Shown here piece by piece: positions 14,140 through 27,802 of a DNA stretch of 64,000 nucleotides. The notes below the pieces were generated by a model. That model did no database searches. It saw only the letters and a program-made list of their open reading frames with translations, and was not told the DNA's origin. Each line of letters begins with the position of its first letter. Position 1 is the first letter of the stretch. This stretch comes from Eledone cirrhosa (taxonomy: Eukaryota), in assembly GCA_964016885.1 (NCBI GenBank), contig OZ024742.1, positions 265,360,001 through 265,424,000 of the forward strand, in the 5' to 3' direction. The translations under genes and the position numbers were made by a program.

Positions 14140-14406
14140 GGGGTTGTATTATATGGTCTTATGCGCATACCGGTTTGCATATGTGTCTGTGTATTTGTGC
14201 AATATATATATGTATACTTATATTTTTATGTGTGTAGTATTCCACCAGTTTTCCCCGTGTTACATCGCATCTCAAGCATGTATAATATTTTGTGTCTAGG
14301 TGTGTATGTGTTTGCAAATATTTGTGTAGTTATGTGCGTGTGCGAAAAATAATATACCGTATATATTCAACCCCAACACACACCACCTCATACATATATA
14401 TATGTG

Positions 14407-14508
<102 letters not shown>

Positions 14509-15499
14509 TGTGTGTGTTTGTGTTTGTGTTTGTGTTTGTATGTGTGTGCGCGTGTGTGTGTATTTGTTTGCGTGTGTTTGAATGCTTATTATGTATGCGT
14601 TTACATGTATTTATGTATCTCTGCAAGAAACATGACACTCTTTGATTTCAAACTGTGAAAAAGGACTTTATATCACTCTTTCCCCGCTGGAGATTCGAAG
14701 TGGCAACTTCTCTCATTCCAGCGTAAAGATGAAGTCCAAAGACTAAGAGAACAACCCTAAGTGAATCACATGATTTTTGTGGCTGCGGTGGCGGATGATG
14801 CTAGCAAATGTTTGACTGGTCATGGTGTCTTTTCCATTGAATCAAATTATCTTACTGTCATGACTGTGTGGAAATTAATGTAAACTGGGAACAGGCGTTC
14901 CTCAGTTTTGCTTCATCACCAATTCTCTCCGGTAAATATCTAGGAACTACAGGAACAGAATTGTGACCGATGGTAACTCCGAATAATGAAATCACGCGAT
15001 GATTGCAGTTGTGTGATAATTTTCAGACATTTTCACAACGACACGTGAATTTGAGAAAGTTACTGTTAAATAATTTAGAGAGAAAGTTATATACAGATAT
15101 TTTTATCGCTAACTATTGGCTATTGTATTGTTTGATCGCAGAAAGAAGGGCAGTGACCATGACAGTTTTCAGGGCTGCCATCCGATAGACTCACTCCAAG
15201 CTTCACGAGCTGGACACTTTTGAGAGCAGACCGAACATTATTGACATGCGTCCGGTTCTCTTTCTGCTGAGGAACTACCTGGCCATGCCGAAGCGTTCGT
15301 ATACCTACTAAAGTTTTCCATATTACAGTCATGCTCTTTGCGTTTCTGATCCTGTTATCTGCATCCTGCATGGTGCAGATGAGATATGCAACGTACACTT
15401 TGATGAATCCGAATGGCAAAATGTAACTTACTTTTAGTTTCTGAGGCACTAGCAGGATTTCGTTCGTCACTGGCTTCATGTTGTGCCGATATTAGTGTG

Positions 15500-16220
15500 C
15501 ATGAGGTGGCCTAGGTGACTTGGAATCGACTCGGATTCCATTCTGTGGAGGTTCAATAAGCCCAACGCAAATGGGGCACAATCCAGTGCGACAAAGCTAT
15601 GCACATCCTGCTTGACCAAAACCTTCTAGCATATTGTCGCTGACTGAAAGCTGCATCTTGGCAGTCATCTGGCACCCAACTAGACAGTTACTATTTATCG
15701 GTGTTTCCTTCAGGCTTTGTCACCGCATATCTGAACAACACAAATATCCCTGAGGCTTCATGGTAGACGATTTTCATATTTATCTACAGTCATGTCACAA
15801 AATGCCGCTCCCAACGACATTGTTAAGCACGGCTTAGGCTCTGTCGGTTTCGGATCGCAGCTTGAACTGGTGAAGTTACACAGCGGTGACGGTAAAAGAC
15901 GAGATGGCATCACAATTGTCCCATTCCCAGGCGATAAGCCCCTCATCTGGAACCCTGGCTTTGAATTCAGCCAACACCCATATTTCTTTGCTCGACAAAC
16001 TTAAGATCGCACATTGTTGAAGTATCGATAGCTTTCCACTAAATATATAACTGATACTGTAGCGGTAGAAAATTCTGATATCCTGCGCTCCCTTCCCCGA
16101 ACCAAACCCCTACTACTGTGAGCCACCATTTGGACTGGTTCTTCAACGTATTTCTCACACTATAATCAGAGATAATGCCTTTAAAATTATGTCCGCTAGG
16201 GCCATGAAATCTTGAACGTC
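15500..16220 (+). mobile_element. CRE-like non-LTR retrotransposon 3' fragment (REL endonuclease)
   Basis: NDIVKHGLGSVGFGSQLE...GDGKRRDGITIVPFPGDKPLIW matches the GKRPDG...WD REL motif. Confidence 0.65.
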
Positions 16221-16643
16221 AAAAAGACTGAACAATCGAACGAAAGGACGTCATCTTTCATTGATTGTCACTACATACGAGCATACATACATACATAAAA
16301 ACACTCAAACATACAAATATACATAGATACACAAACACACACATAGACACTATGAGGTTAAATTTTGCTGTTCCACTGTTTCGGGGGATATCCGCAATAA
16401 TGAGAAGTCATGCGAACAGGCGAGCTGTCAAACATGAACTTGCTCGGCTCTTTTTACACTCTTTTTATTGCAGTGAAGATTGATTTCACTTAGCTATCTA
16501 ATTCAAACTTATATATTAAAATATAAAACAATTTAACAAAAACTTGCGACTGCAGCAACTGTTCTAAAATTGCCTAAAAACAATATCTAGAACAACTACA
16601 AGAGCAATGGGCTTGAGAACGAAATTATAACGTGCTGAGGACA

Positions 16644-19600
16644 TGATGCCATGTATTTTTTAAGCTGTATTAAAATATACATGGCATCAATATAACAGAT
16701 ATTGGAGTAATCAGTAAAAATATTATTGATAGAATTCTGCCTATTTTAAAATTGAGGTCTAAATTGAGCTTGTGGAAGGATACAAATGAAGTGATTGAAT
16801 GGTATAAAAATATAGATGATAAGAAAAACCATAAATTCATCCAGATGGACATAACAAGCTATTACTGTTCCATTACGCCTAACCTACTAAATAAGGCTTT
16901 ATCATACGCTTACGAACATACAAATCTAACTACGGATGAAATTGATATCATATTAACTGCTAGAAGAACTCTAATTAACTTCAACAATGAATATTGGACC
17001 CGCTCAGATAGAAATAGGAACTTCGACATTACCATGGGATCATCTGACTCAGCGCAAGTCACGGATCTTCTGGGGATTTTCATCTTAAGTATGATAAATA
17101 GAAAATTGCCGGAGATTACCGGTGGTTTATATAGGTACAATATTTTATTTACGGTTGTTAAACAGAACAATACAGAACTAAATAGGGTAAAGAAAAATAT
17201 AATTGAATTCCTTAAAAATTACTACCTTAAACTAGAGGTAGAAAGTGGTACCAAAATAGTTAATTTCCTTGATGTTACCCTTAACTTAAACTCTGGTTTT
17301 TATTACCCTTTCCATAAGCCCAATGAAAACTTAAATTATGTTAGTTTTTACTCTAATCACCCTAAATCTGAGAAAAACGCAATTGTAAATAGTTTACAGA
17401 AACGCATAACTAGAATATCTGCCAATAAATCACTAATTGATGAAAAAGCAGGATATTACAATGATGCGCTAAGAAAGGCAGGTTATAAAAATAATATAGA
17501 ATATATAGACAATAATAATCCGAGTCCTAATCCTGATAGAAATAATGGCATATATAAACGAAATTCTAAAAATTATAATAATTATAATTCAAACACCTGT
17601 ACTGTGAGTAAATCGGGGAAAAGAACCAGAACTAAATCAGTTATATGGTTCCCCCCCCCCTCCTACTTCTGTAGCAGTAAGAACACCAATAGCTAATCTA
17701 TTATTTAAAGCTTTAGATAGTTCCTTCCCTAGTCAACATAAATACCACGCCATATTTAATAGATACACAATTAAACTTTCTTATTCTACAACTATGAATA
17801 TGGTCCAAAACATCGCTAAACTAAATAGTATAATTCTAAACCAAAATCAACATAATGCTATTAATAATAGTGTTAATATAAATAATAATAATAAATCGAA
17901 ATGTAATTGTAGAAATAAACCCAGATTGCCCTTTGCAAAATAATTGTCTGGATAGAAATCTGGTGTATAAATGCACCGTAAAAACAAATAACAACACATA
18001 CAACTACATAGGAGCAACTTCTTCGACATTTAAATCGAGATTTCCGAATCACAAATGCTCATTTTTGAATTTTAATAGGAAGCCTTCGACTTCTTTATTA
18101 CAACTTATATGGTCATTAAAAGATAAAAATTTAAAATACTCAATCTTTTGGACGAAGCTTTGTAATAGTAAAATATATACGAACTCGTCTATATCAACTA
18201 ACTGCAACCTCTGCACAAAGGAGTCCCTATTAATAATTAATAATTATGAAAACTTAATTAACAAAAAAAGTGAATTATTCTCAAACTGCCTTCATAAAGC
18301 TTTGTCTACATTCCAAGCCTCGCAAAAAGTCAGGAAAAAACACTAAACAATCAAGCCTTAATTTTTGACGTCTCTTATTAACTATTGGGCCTAAAAAGTC
18401 ATAACGGTTTATAAAACTTTAATAATACTTTGTCGTCTACTCATTTATGATAGAATTAATGTTAGAATGAAGGATACTCTTTTGATAACTTGTTTACTTG
18501 ATAAATATGCACACCTTAGGATTTTTTTAGATATTTATAATTTTGATTCAGATCTTTATTTATCTGTCTCTGTTTTAAATATATAATTTGGATATTAAAT
18601 TGTAAATTTAGCGATTATAATTGAACTGTAGATCTTTCATGCGTTTGCATATTTTACTCATTTTGAGTATGTTTTGGGGACTCAGAAAGTTAGATTTGCA
18701 TTTATTTATTTTGTATATATATCTAGGTATAAATATAACAAACCATAATAGTCGACAAATATTGGTCTCTCTCTCTCTACTGAACTGGAGGTAAAACTAC
18801 AATTATAGCATTACTAATAATGATTATAATTATTTATTTATTAAATGTATACCATTTCATTAATACCTATAATAATATCTCTATATAGTTGTACAAATAT
18901 GTTTATCTAGTGTAATAACATACTCGTAGTTACATTTATAAATAATTTAGATACTCAAATGACTCTATATTGTTCGATATTCCCTGGAAGTTCGAATTTA
19001 TATAATGATTTTTACTTAATATAATATAATTTAAATTAATTTAATTTATTTTAATTAAATTTAGATTACCTTCGGCTTTTTTCAAATATTTAGCCCCTCT
19101 TTCTATCACATTAGCTAAAATATTTTAGACGTATCTTTTGTCTACTATATATTAAAACCCTATTACATTTATAATATATTTTTAATATTGGGCATTTTAA
19201 GTTTCGCAAACAATTCATTATTTTTATTTTTTATCTTTATATTTATTTTGTATCTAGCCCCTATAATTAGGACTCATGTAGTTTTGACTTGTATGTTTAT
19301 AGTATATATCAACTAAATGAAAATAATTGATATAAAACATTAATTTTTTAACAATATTTTTTAACAATATATTTTAACTATATATATTTTTTAAACAATA
19401 TTTTCAGTAACTTATTTACTATATTCTATTATTGTATTGTATTATATATATTTGAAAGATATCACCTTAAGACTTTAGACATTATAATCCTTGTATATCT
19501 TTTGATTATCACATATATATAATTAAAAATTCAGACTTCTTTAAGTTTAGTTATAAGGCTGGTTGATCCTTTAGGCACTCAAACTATTTAACCATAAATT

Positions 19601-20450
19601 CTTCAATAATTATAACTATAATTATTTTATGAATTATATTATATAAACTGTTGTCAATATTATAAATAATTTTGGTAAAGATTACCTTCGTGAGGGTATA
19701 AAAGGATTATATATTTTCTTTCTCGTGTTTCGTAAATCCTTTAAATTTGTTTTCATAAAATTTGAGTTTTAGAAATTAAACTTGATAGTATAATTATAAT
19801 ATTAATACAAATACCTATTAACTTTTAAAACCTAAAATATTACCCATTACTCTGAAATAACTTAAATTACATATTTTGAATATTAACGGCCAACTAAATA
19901 AATTTGGATATATATTGCATATATGGGTAATTGTCTATAAACTTGAACATAATTTACTCCCCTTTGTCTCTCTCTCTCTTTAAACATCTTTCATTTGTTT
20001 TTCGAGCCACCTACTAAATATATTATTACATCAGCTGTTTTTTCCTCTATACTTTCCTTTCTTTCCTCTTTCTTCAGTATTTCTTTTTTTTTAATGTTTA
20101 ACTGTTATATTGATGCCATGTATTTTTTAAGCTGTATTACACGCACCCTCTCTATTGTTTGTATTATATATTTGTCTCATGTTCTCAATATTAGGGTATA
20201 AATATTGAGTTTTGTCCATCTACTATGTCAGGGTATGTCATGCATCATCTTATTTTATCTGAAGAGGTCGTACTGTTGAACTTAACTCAGTACCTCTGAA
20301 ATATGTATAATAAAATATAATTGATCACAAGAATATCTATTTTGTTAATATTTTGAATTAATATTAATAACTCTGGAAAACCTTTTTTTTTTGTCAGTTG
20401 AGTGCTTCCAATCTATTGTAAAACTTATTTTTGATGTATTCATTGAACCT
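16644..20450 (+). mobile_element. Penelope-like element: RT + GIY-YIG pseudogene, long AT-rich 3' region and pLTR
   Basis: ORF 16752-17696 has FIQMDITSYY, FDITMGSSDSAQV, GGLYRYN (decayed YRDD) and VNFLDVTL; ORF 17933-18346 has VYKC...YIGATSSTFKSRF; HHR at 20251. Confidence 0.92.
20251..20317 (+). ncRNA. Minimal hammerhead ribozyme (family A)
   Basis: Stem I UAUUUUAU/AUAAAAUA, CUGAAGA, stem II with GUACUG/CAGUAC, GAAA-UAUGUA-UA. Confidence 0.82.
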
Positions 20451-20459
20451 TGTTAAATA

Positions 20460-20497
<38 letters not shown>

Positions 20498-20909
20498 TTC
20501 AGGTCCCCATTGTTGGTGGTTGTGGATTCCTGGTAGATTTAGGAGCTGACAAACTCCACGAGGTTTTTACATAGATTATTTACGGATGAAAGTTTGCATA
20601 ATGCCAATTTACAGCTGAAATTTGTATGTCAGTGTAAAACTCGTCATTGTACCATGCAACACATATAATCTTATATGTAATGAGCAGTCAATTAATGATT
20701 GATTCCTTTTCTGTTAAGTTATACATGAAATATATATATTATATATATATGGGTTGGGGATTATTGCTGGTTCAACATATACAAATGATAAAGCAGTGGA
20801 AAATACCCCAAAACTTAAAACATAAATATCGGTGATATTAAAAAAATAAAACATTTCTGACTTTGCTGCAGCCATAATCACCACTGCCGTAATATATTTG
20901 TAAATTATA

Positions 20910-21077
20910 GGTGTGGATCTTCGACGTTGCCGACAATTCGGAGATCATGAAGGTGTGGATCTTCGTGGTTGCCGACCATACGAAGATCATGAAGGTGTTG
21001 ACTTTGTAGGCTGCCGAACATACGAAGATCATGAAGGTGTGGACTTTGTAGGCTGCCGACAATACGGAAATCATGAA
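20910..21077. repeat. 4 x 42-bp tandem repeat (14 codons)
   Basis: Unit ggtgtggatcttcgtggttgccgaccatacgaagatcatgaa; plus frame GVDLRGCRPYEDHE, minus frame HLHDLRMVGNHEDP. Confidence 0.92.
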
Positions 21078-21411
21078 GTTTATAATTACTTTTCTCTGAT
21101 CAACTTTAAAAGTCCAAGTATAACACATCTACATTTGACTGGTCGAATAGCAGCTTTAGTTTTCATACATAATGCTGTAGTAGCTGTGTTAAGCCGCTTC
21201 TGCTTGGACGGAAACCATCCTAGATATCACTTAGCAAGTTATTTCCTTCTAGGAACATAATATATATATAAATCATCACCATAATAATTTAACGTCTGAT
21301 AATCCTGCTAATATATTTATACTTTTGTGTTTGTGTATATTTTTTTTACAATTGAAATTTATATATAAAATATATACAAACATGATTGCCAAAAACCGAG
21401 ACTTGACTGAC

Positions 21412-21595
21412 CTCTTCCTTTTCGTGTCGGTTGCCGTCGGGACCTGTATTGTCCACGGTACTTGAACCCCCAAATTGTGAGATGTGCAACCGGCTTGAGG
21501 CGGGAGTCCCATGAGGTGGAGTGGTGGCTTTTGCAATAGGTGTCACGGGCTGTTCTCCGCGGAAATTCCTTCACCATTTTCTCTGCAAGTTTCAA
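21412..21595 (-). other. Candidate exon (GC-richer island with splice signals)
   Basis: Minus strand tatctcag|TTG...GAAGAG|gtcagt; downstream acceptor tatgttcctag| near 21250; no recognisable homology. Confidence 0.3.
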
Positions 21596-23599
21596 CTGAG
21601 ATATACCATATTGTGTGTGGTATAGAGCGACGTTCGTGGCTTCCTTACATTACTTTCTCTATTTAGTGTTTCTCTTTCTGTTTACCTTTTTTTCATTGCA
21701 AACATTATATCATCCAATTAAAATATGAAAACTGAATGAAAACTGCCTACGATCCATGTCCTTGGTGATATGTATAGTCAGAGGTATACATGTCTAATTT
21801 TAAACAATGTTCAGATTTTTCAGGATTTCACCATTTTCTAGAAAGTTTTGGAAAAGTCCCATCATAGTTTTTCGTCTTCACACATTTTAATAGAAATGGT
21901 GTTTCAAATCAGAGCCTGCTGGTGTATTTATATTAATTTTGTCTTTAGCAGATATATTAATTTCCTTTGTTTCTATGTACTTGATGGTTACCTTTGTTGA
22001 AGAACTCTCTTGGCTTAGATATTACGTTTGGCCCTGTGTGATGATAAACATTTACATTGTTCATTGAGTTTTTCGCTCCAATGCTGGATCGTGCTGTTGT
22101 TATAAACTAGATCAGCTACTACAATGATTCTAATGTGGGTTCCAAGGAATTTAGCAAACATGTATTGTTTGTTTATTTCTTATTTTGTCAGCATTATTGG
22201 GATTGCCCTTAAAATATGTGCATGTTCTGGGGCATTTTATAAGAGATAGGTGAGCTAATAAGAAAGCCGCTATGCCAATAGTTCCCAAAGGTGGTAGAGC
22301 GAAAGGGAAATATTTAAGGACATTCGCGTTTATTTGTAAGATTTATATTTGATACTACGAATAAAATCATTTATTTATCAATATGCAAATCTGGGCACAG
22401 TTTCTGATCCTACATCAAATTGGTTTTCAATAGACTCATGGGGATTTCCGTCGCAAGTGTAATTGTAGATAATCTGTTGTAACTGAAGTTTGAAATGTTT
22501 ATTAGACTAAGATGTCTATTTTAATCTGTTCTTGGACATGTTAATGATGTTTAAATCTAACACAGAAATCTATTAAAATGCCTTTTATCTTATAAAATTT
22601 AACTCGGAAGCGCTGCTAGTAGCTGGGTTTTGCATTTGCTCTTTAATTTATCAATAAAATATTTGATATAGCTCAAGAAAATGCATTTATTCCTAAAGTG
22701 TGGCCCACAGAAAAGTGTATAGAAACCGCTACTCAATCACACGAGCAGCTAATAATTGTATCCCAAACTCACTCATATAAACCTTAATATAAAAAAAAAA
22801 ACGAATTAGATACTTTCTGATGTAGTCTTAGATACATTGTCCGAATAAAACAAAAGTAGGATTGCCATGGCGGAAACACTTTTAACCATAGTTCAGGTAG
22901 AATACTGCCAACCTACAGTAAAGCAAATTTTACCAACTTATCAACCCACCAATACTTATATCCAGAATGCATGATCTGTTAGCTGCAGCTAGAAATTTTA
23001 TGTGTTATCTGTATGCTATGCGTCAGTTTGATTTTAAATGACCTGACCGTCAATGAACTCAACAATATCCACAATTTAAAATTAAATGGATAGCAATGTT
23101 CTATCCATGCTTTGTATGTAGATTACTGCATGTTAAACAGCAACTATGGTTGACAGATTAGTCTTTCAAGTTGCGGATTAATCTACGTTTCGAGAATGCA
23201 CACTATTATGAAATCCTCATCGAAAATGACATAATTATAGCATCGTCACTGTCCGTATTTCCGATACCGTCTTCAATCAAATATCTCTTTGAATTGTGTC
23301 AACCACTTTAGTGGCTTATGTCTCACAGTTAATCAGCCAATTTGTTGGCTACCATTGTTTGGTGATATTTGTTTAGGTTTTCTCACACAGTTGCCTGACA
23401 ATTGTCATTATTTTTAGCTGACTATCTATGCTCCAAGATATTTTCAACAACCTTTACTGACCGTCTTGAGTTTGTGGTCAATAAATTGGTATGGCTTAAT
23501 TGCAAAGCTCTGTTTTATTGGTACTGGAAAATAGACCAACTTTCTCAACTTCGTTCTCTACCCATTCAAGCAGTTTTTTATCCTTGATGTATCTCTTCA

Positions 23600-23920
23600 G
23601 ATAATAAGGACCCCTTTCGATCACGAATGACCATGATATATGCACCTAGAAAGTTCCTTCTCCGAGTTTATGGTAGACAAGTAATCGCCCATGTATACCA
23701 GTTTCCTCTCTCTTCGCCATCGATGTTGTCCAAGGGAAATGCAATTGCCGATACAGCTTAGCACCAATGACGTCAAAATTCATTTCTACAGTTGAGTAAA
23801 CTGGAGCAACATAAAATAAAGTGTTTTGCTCAAGGACACAACACATCACCCAGTCCGAGAATCGAACTCAAAACTTCTCGATTGGAAACCCACCGCTCTA
23901 ATCACTAATCCAAGTGCATT
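23600..23920 (-). mobile_element. Second tRNA-derived SINE family (CORE-like)
   Basis: Minus strand: tggattagtgattagagc...gagttcgattctcgg followed by gttgtgtccttgagcaaaacact, a CORE-like motif. Confidence 0.75.
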
Positions 23921-24285
23921 CACTTCTGATAATAAGGCAATGTCATAAGCATGCATAAGGTCAGATAATACCACAAGACTGATGCACCTGATTGACATTC
24001 TGAAGCCAAATTCTCTCGATTTGCCATCAATATATTGTCTCATCACGTAGTTCGAAACAGTTGGGAAATGACAAGCCGCAAAGTATCACCATGAAGTACA
24101 CCTGCAAAAATAATAAGATGTTATTCATAATCTGGAGTAAACAGTGTAATTCTTGTATCATTATACTATTAAGTGTTACATTTATTTACCAATTGTTCTG
24201 TTATTTCATATGCACAAAGGATTTTAATCATGTTACCTCTATGGATGTTGCTGAAGGCTTTATTGAATTGTATATATATATATAT

Positions 24286-24665
24286 TTGCTTTGTAAGGTT
24301 TTTGATATGAAATCGTGTGTTGAGAAATATTGCTATATTTGGAGAGGGTCATACTGTTATAATATTTCCAGAAATAATGATTGTTTCTACTTTTGGCACA
24401 AGGCCAGCAATTATCCCAGTGTATTACTGGTAATTTATTTTATCGGCCCCGTAAGGATGAAAGGCAAAAATGATAATAAAACACACTCACTGTTTGGTTT
24501 GGATTAGTTTTCGCTTCTGTATATTGTATATTCCTATGGTTAATTTAGCTTGCAATCAATGTTTATCCTTGATTGACCAACAGTTAAAAATATAGATATA
24601 AATATATATATATATAGTTCATCTAAGTTCTTTCACCACACACCTGTGACATTATCGGTGGTACT
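24286..24665 (-). mobile_element. PLE pLTR fragment (family B, degenerate HHR at 24615-24665) interrupted by a SINE piece at 24375-24468
   Basis: Homologous to 43856-44070 and 44409-44575; ccgataa-tgtcaca..tgtggt-gaaa-gaac-tt. Confidence 0.65.
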
Positions 24666-24698
24666 ATATATATATTTAAAAAGTGAGCAATGCAAAAT

Positions 24699-24780
24699 AT
24701 AACTACTCCATTACCAAAGGTTTCTGGATCACAGACGATAATAATATACGTCTGGACCGGTCGTCAGACAGAGATGTTAT
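24699..24780 (-). ncRNA. Hammerhead ribozyme motif (family C)
   Basis: Reverse complement: ataacatctctgt-CTGACGA-stem II with cagacg/cgtctg-GAAA-cctttg-GTA-atggagtagttat. Confidence 0.75.
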
Positions 24781-25052
24781 AGATAAAAGATATGAAATGA
24801 GATTTAAAATCTGTTCAAAATTGGAAGTGAGGCTGGAAAAATAACCTGAAATATACATAAGAAAAGAAGGGTAAGAAAAATAATATATAAAAATAAAAAT
24901 ATATAGCAATATATGATAGAAAAAGACATATACACACACACATACACACATTCTGATAAAAGAAAAAATGTATATATACAAACATGTATATATACACACA
25001 CACATATATAATGATATTTAATAAATGGAAACTATATTTATAAAACCATATT

Positions 25053-25113
25053 TATTCTATTATATATATTTCAAGGGTACCAAAACTTTGGTACACTTTC
25101 ATCAGATAAAATA
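25053..25113 (-). ncRNA. Minimal hammerhead ribozyme (family A), canonical core
   Basis: Reverse complement: tattttat-CTGATGA-aag.gtaccaaa.tttggtac.ctt-GAAA-tatata-TA-atagaata. Confidence 0.9.
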
Positions 25114-25336
25114 CAAAGTTCGTTTTATAAATTTTGACATAACCAAGAAAATATACCTTAACGGTTCAAGTTTTTCTTGGATAGTGAAGGGAAAAGAGAA
25201 GAAAAGTAAGATATTTCAAATTATTAAGATGAGTATGCAAATGAGTTTGAGGTATAGGGCTGAAAAAATGTTATTTTAGATGCTATGCAGAATTTAAATA
25301 ATTTGCTTATATATATATATATACAGACATGTATAT

Positions 25337-25388
<52 letters not shown>

Positions 25389-27599
25389 GAAATTATTTAG
25401 CCTGATAGCGGAGTTAAGAACCCTCGGAGTGGTGTTCTGTTAGCATGTGTAGTGTGTATATTGATATTATATACAAATATATATGGATGTAAATATGATA
25501 CATCAATATATGCGATATTTTATAACGGCCACTAACCGGAAGTGTTGACATTTGAAAATTTTAAAGAAGTGAATCTTTAAATAAGCTATAAAATATATTT
25601 AATCAACAGCCAGGAAATTTAGTACATAAATTATGTAATATTCATTCATTATTTATTCAAAGTACTCCAACTTATTTTACAAACAGGGTAAAAAATATAT
25701 ATTCTGCACGCAGTCCCGCACTCCTTTCTTTATTATAGTTAAAGTCCAAAAATGTATTAACTTTTAGCACTATTTGTGCTTTGTGACTGCCTTAAATAAT
25801 TAGATTAGTACCTGCTCTGCTGCGGCTACAATTTCGATTGATACCAAATATTATTTTCCTAGCTTTAGGTAATTCACTAATAACTTATTAGTTATTTGTT
25901 GTTTATAAATGCTAATGGAAAGTTTGGTGGGGTTGTAAAAATCTTTGTTCAAACCTTTAATTTACCCGCCTAAAGTTCGGCCAAATGACCTTCCTCATTT
26001 AAGTGAGGTCACGTGATAACTACTACGATATAATGCTTCCCTTTTACATCATTGCAGAACCACACCGGATACTAATTAACAAACACCTGCAGACGAACGG
26101 ACCTCCAGATTCCCCGCAAAATCAATTGCAAGGTGCACTTATGACTTGCATATGTTTTTTCAACTCGTCATGTACTTTCCCGGAGTCCGAGAAGCCTATT
26201 GAAGATTTATGTCGATTTTCATCGATTCTTATCTATTTGAGATGGTCCACGTAATTCCCCTACCTAATTCGTATGTATCGTTGTTATGACTATACACTAT
26301 GGTCACATGCTCCTGGTCGATTTATTCATGGTGTCACAGCATTTTTTTAAAACTTTGTGTTAACTCTGGACGAAAGTATTTCGTACAATTGAGTGCCTTG
26401 TGATCGCCTCAAATAAGTTGATCGGTATCTGCTCTACTGTAGCTACAATATCTATTTATAGCTATTTATAGTGTCACACTTTGGGCGGGCCATGTTACCA
26501 ATAAAAACACATACCCCAGTTTAGTTTCACTTCAGTTTATTATTAGTTGAATAACTAATGCATTCCTCGATTAGTTTATTAACCGGGTTGTTGGAGTGAC
26601 ATATTCCTTTTTAATTGTCAAAGTTCTTTCGTCAAACATCGAATGACCTTCACAATGACGATATCTGTTCATCTTTGTTTCATTTTTGTTCAGATTTTGT
26701 TCTATATATTCCATTATTTTACGGTGCGTAATATTTTCATCGCAGCATAAACCTCACGAAGTATAACACTATCCGTTTCAACATACAATTTCATATTAAG
26801 AAACTGGCAAGACAAATACATAAACGAAGTAGATTTATATATAGATATATTTGCTCAGAGAAAGGATCTTTTAGTATGTGTTATAATTGAGCAGTTTTGC
26901 AAACACGATCAGAATAATTGCGGAGATTTCTATGCCTTTCTATGCCTTTAGCAAGCAAGATATCATGTGATATTCTCTTACGTATCTTTAAGTTTGGAGT
27001 TCAGAAGAACTTATTCTTCTGTATTCAAAACATAATTCTTTCAGTTTTGTATCTTCAAATAACAAGGACCAAATGTACTTTCAAATGAAGCCACAAATCC
27101 AGTGTACACTGCCACGCATGCATACAGAGTACATGGGATCGCACTTCCGTGCCTGAATCGGACTCACTGACAATCGCTGGACACATAAAACTCACAACAA
27201 AGTGTCTGTTGTGCTATTTAATGCAGAGGACATCACAATGTTAGCTCAAAATAATTATCCTGGGAGGAAACAGAAATTAATATTACCTAATTACTTATAT
27301 TGTAATTACTCCTGCAGATACGCAAGACAACTCTGAATATGTATCGATCTTAATACGATGTCATCAAAAAAGAATAAACATCATCAAACATGCTAAAGTT
27401 GTGGTAGGAGAATGTCCAATTAAACATACAAGATCGTACATTGATTCATTATATTCCCACTAATGTATCTGATCTTACTCTTCAAGAAATACCAATACAA
27501 GAACATAGTATTACACATTGGTTAAATTATTTATTCTGAACTGGATTTATTACAAAACAATGAACTCCGCTCTTAAATGGAGTGATAGATTAAGTCTTC

Positions 27600-27802
27600 C
27601 AGCCAAATCTGCCATAATGGGATTTAAACGTAGAACGCTATGAGACAGAACAAATACTGTAACCAATCTAGTCCAAAGCTCCAAATCAATCAGTCCCCCG
27701 TACTAGGCTGACGGGGTTTGAACTCGGATCAAAGAGCGTCAGAAAATATACCATAAACGATTTTATCCCACTCTCTAACGCTTCTACCAATTCACTGCCT
27801 TG
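27600..27802 (-). mobile_element. Two decayed SINE head fragments
   Basis: gggatttaaac.. and ggggtttgaactc...ctaccaattcactgcc are reverse-complement tRNA-like heads related to the main SINE. Confidence 0.5.

Noticed and set aside
14770-15480. Mariner-like remnant and the 119-aa minus ORF
   Set aside because: Motif matches too weak to assign; no recognisable domain.
20910-21077. 42-bp array as a CRISPR array
   Set aside because: Units are contiguous with no unique spacers, there are no cas genes, and the context is eukaryotic.
21880-23590. Possible ancient I/Nimb-type LINE remnant
   Set aside because: Only faint motif echoes; could not reconstruct a supportable reading frame.
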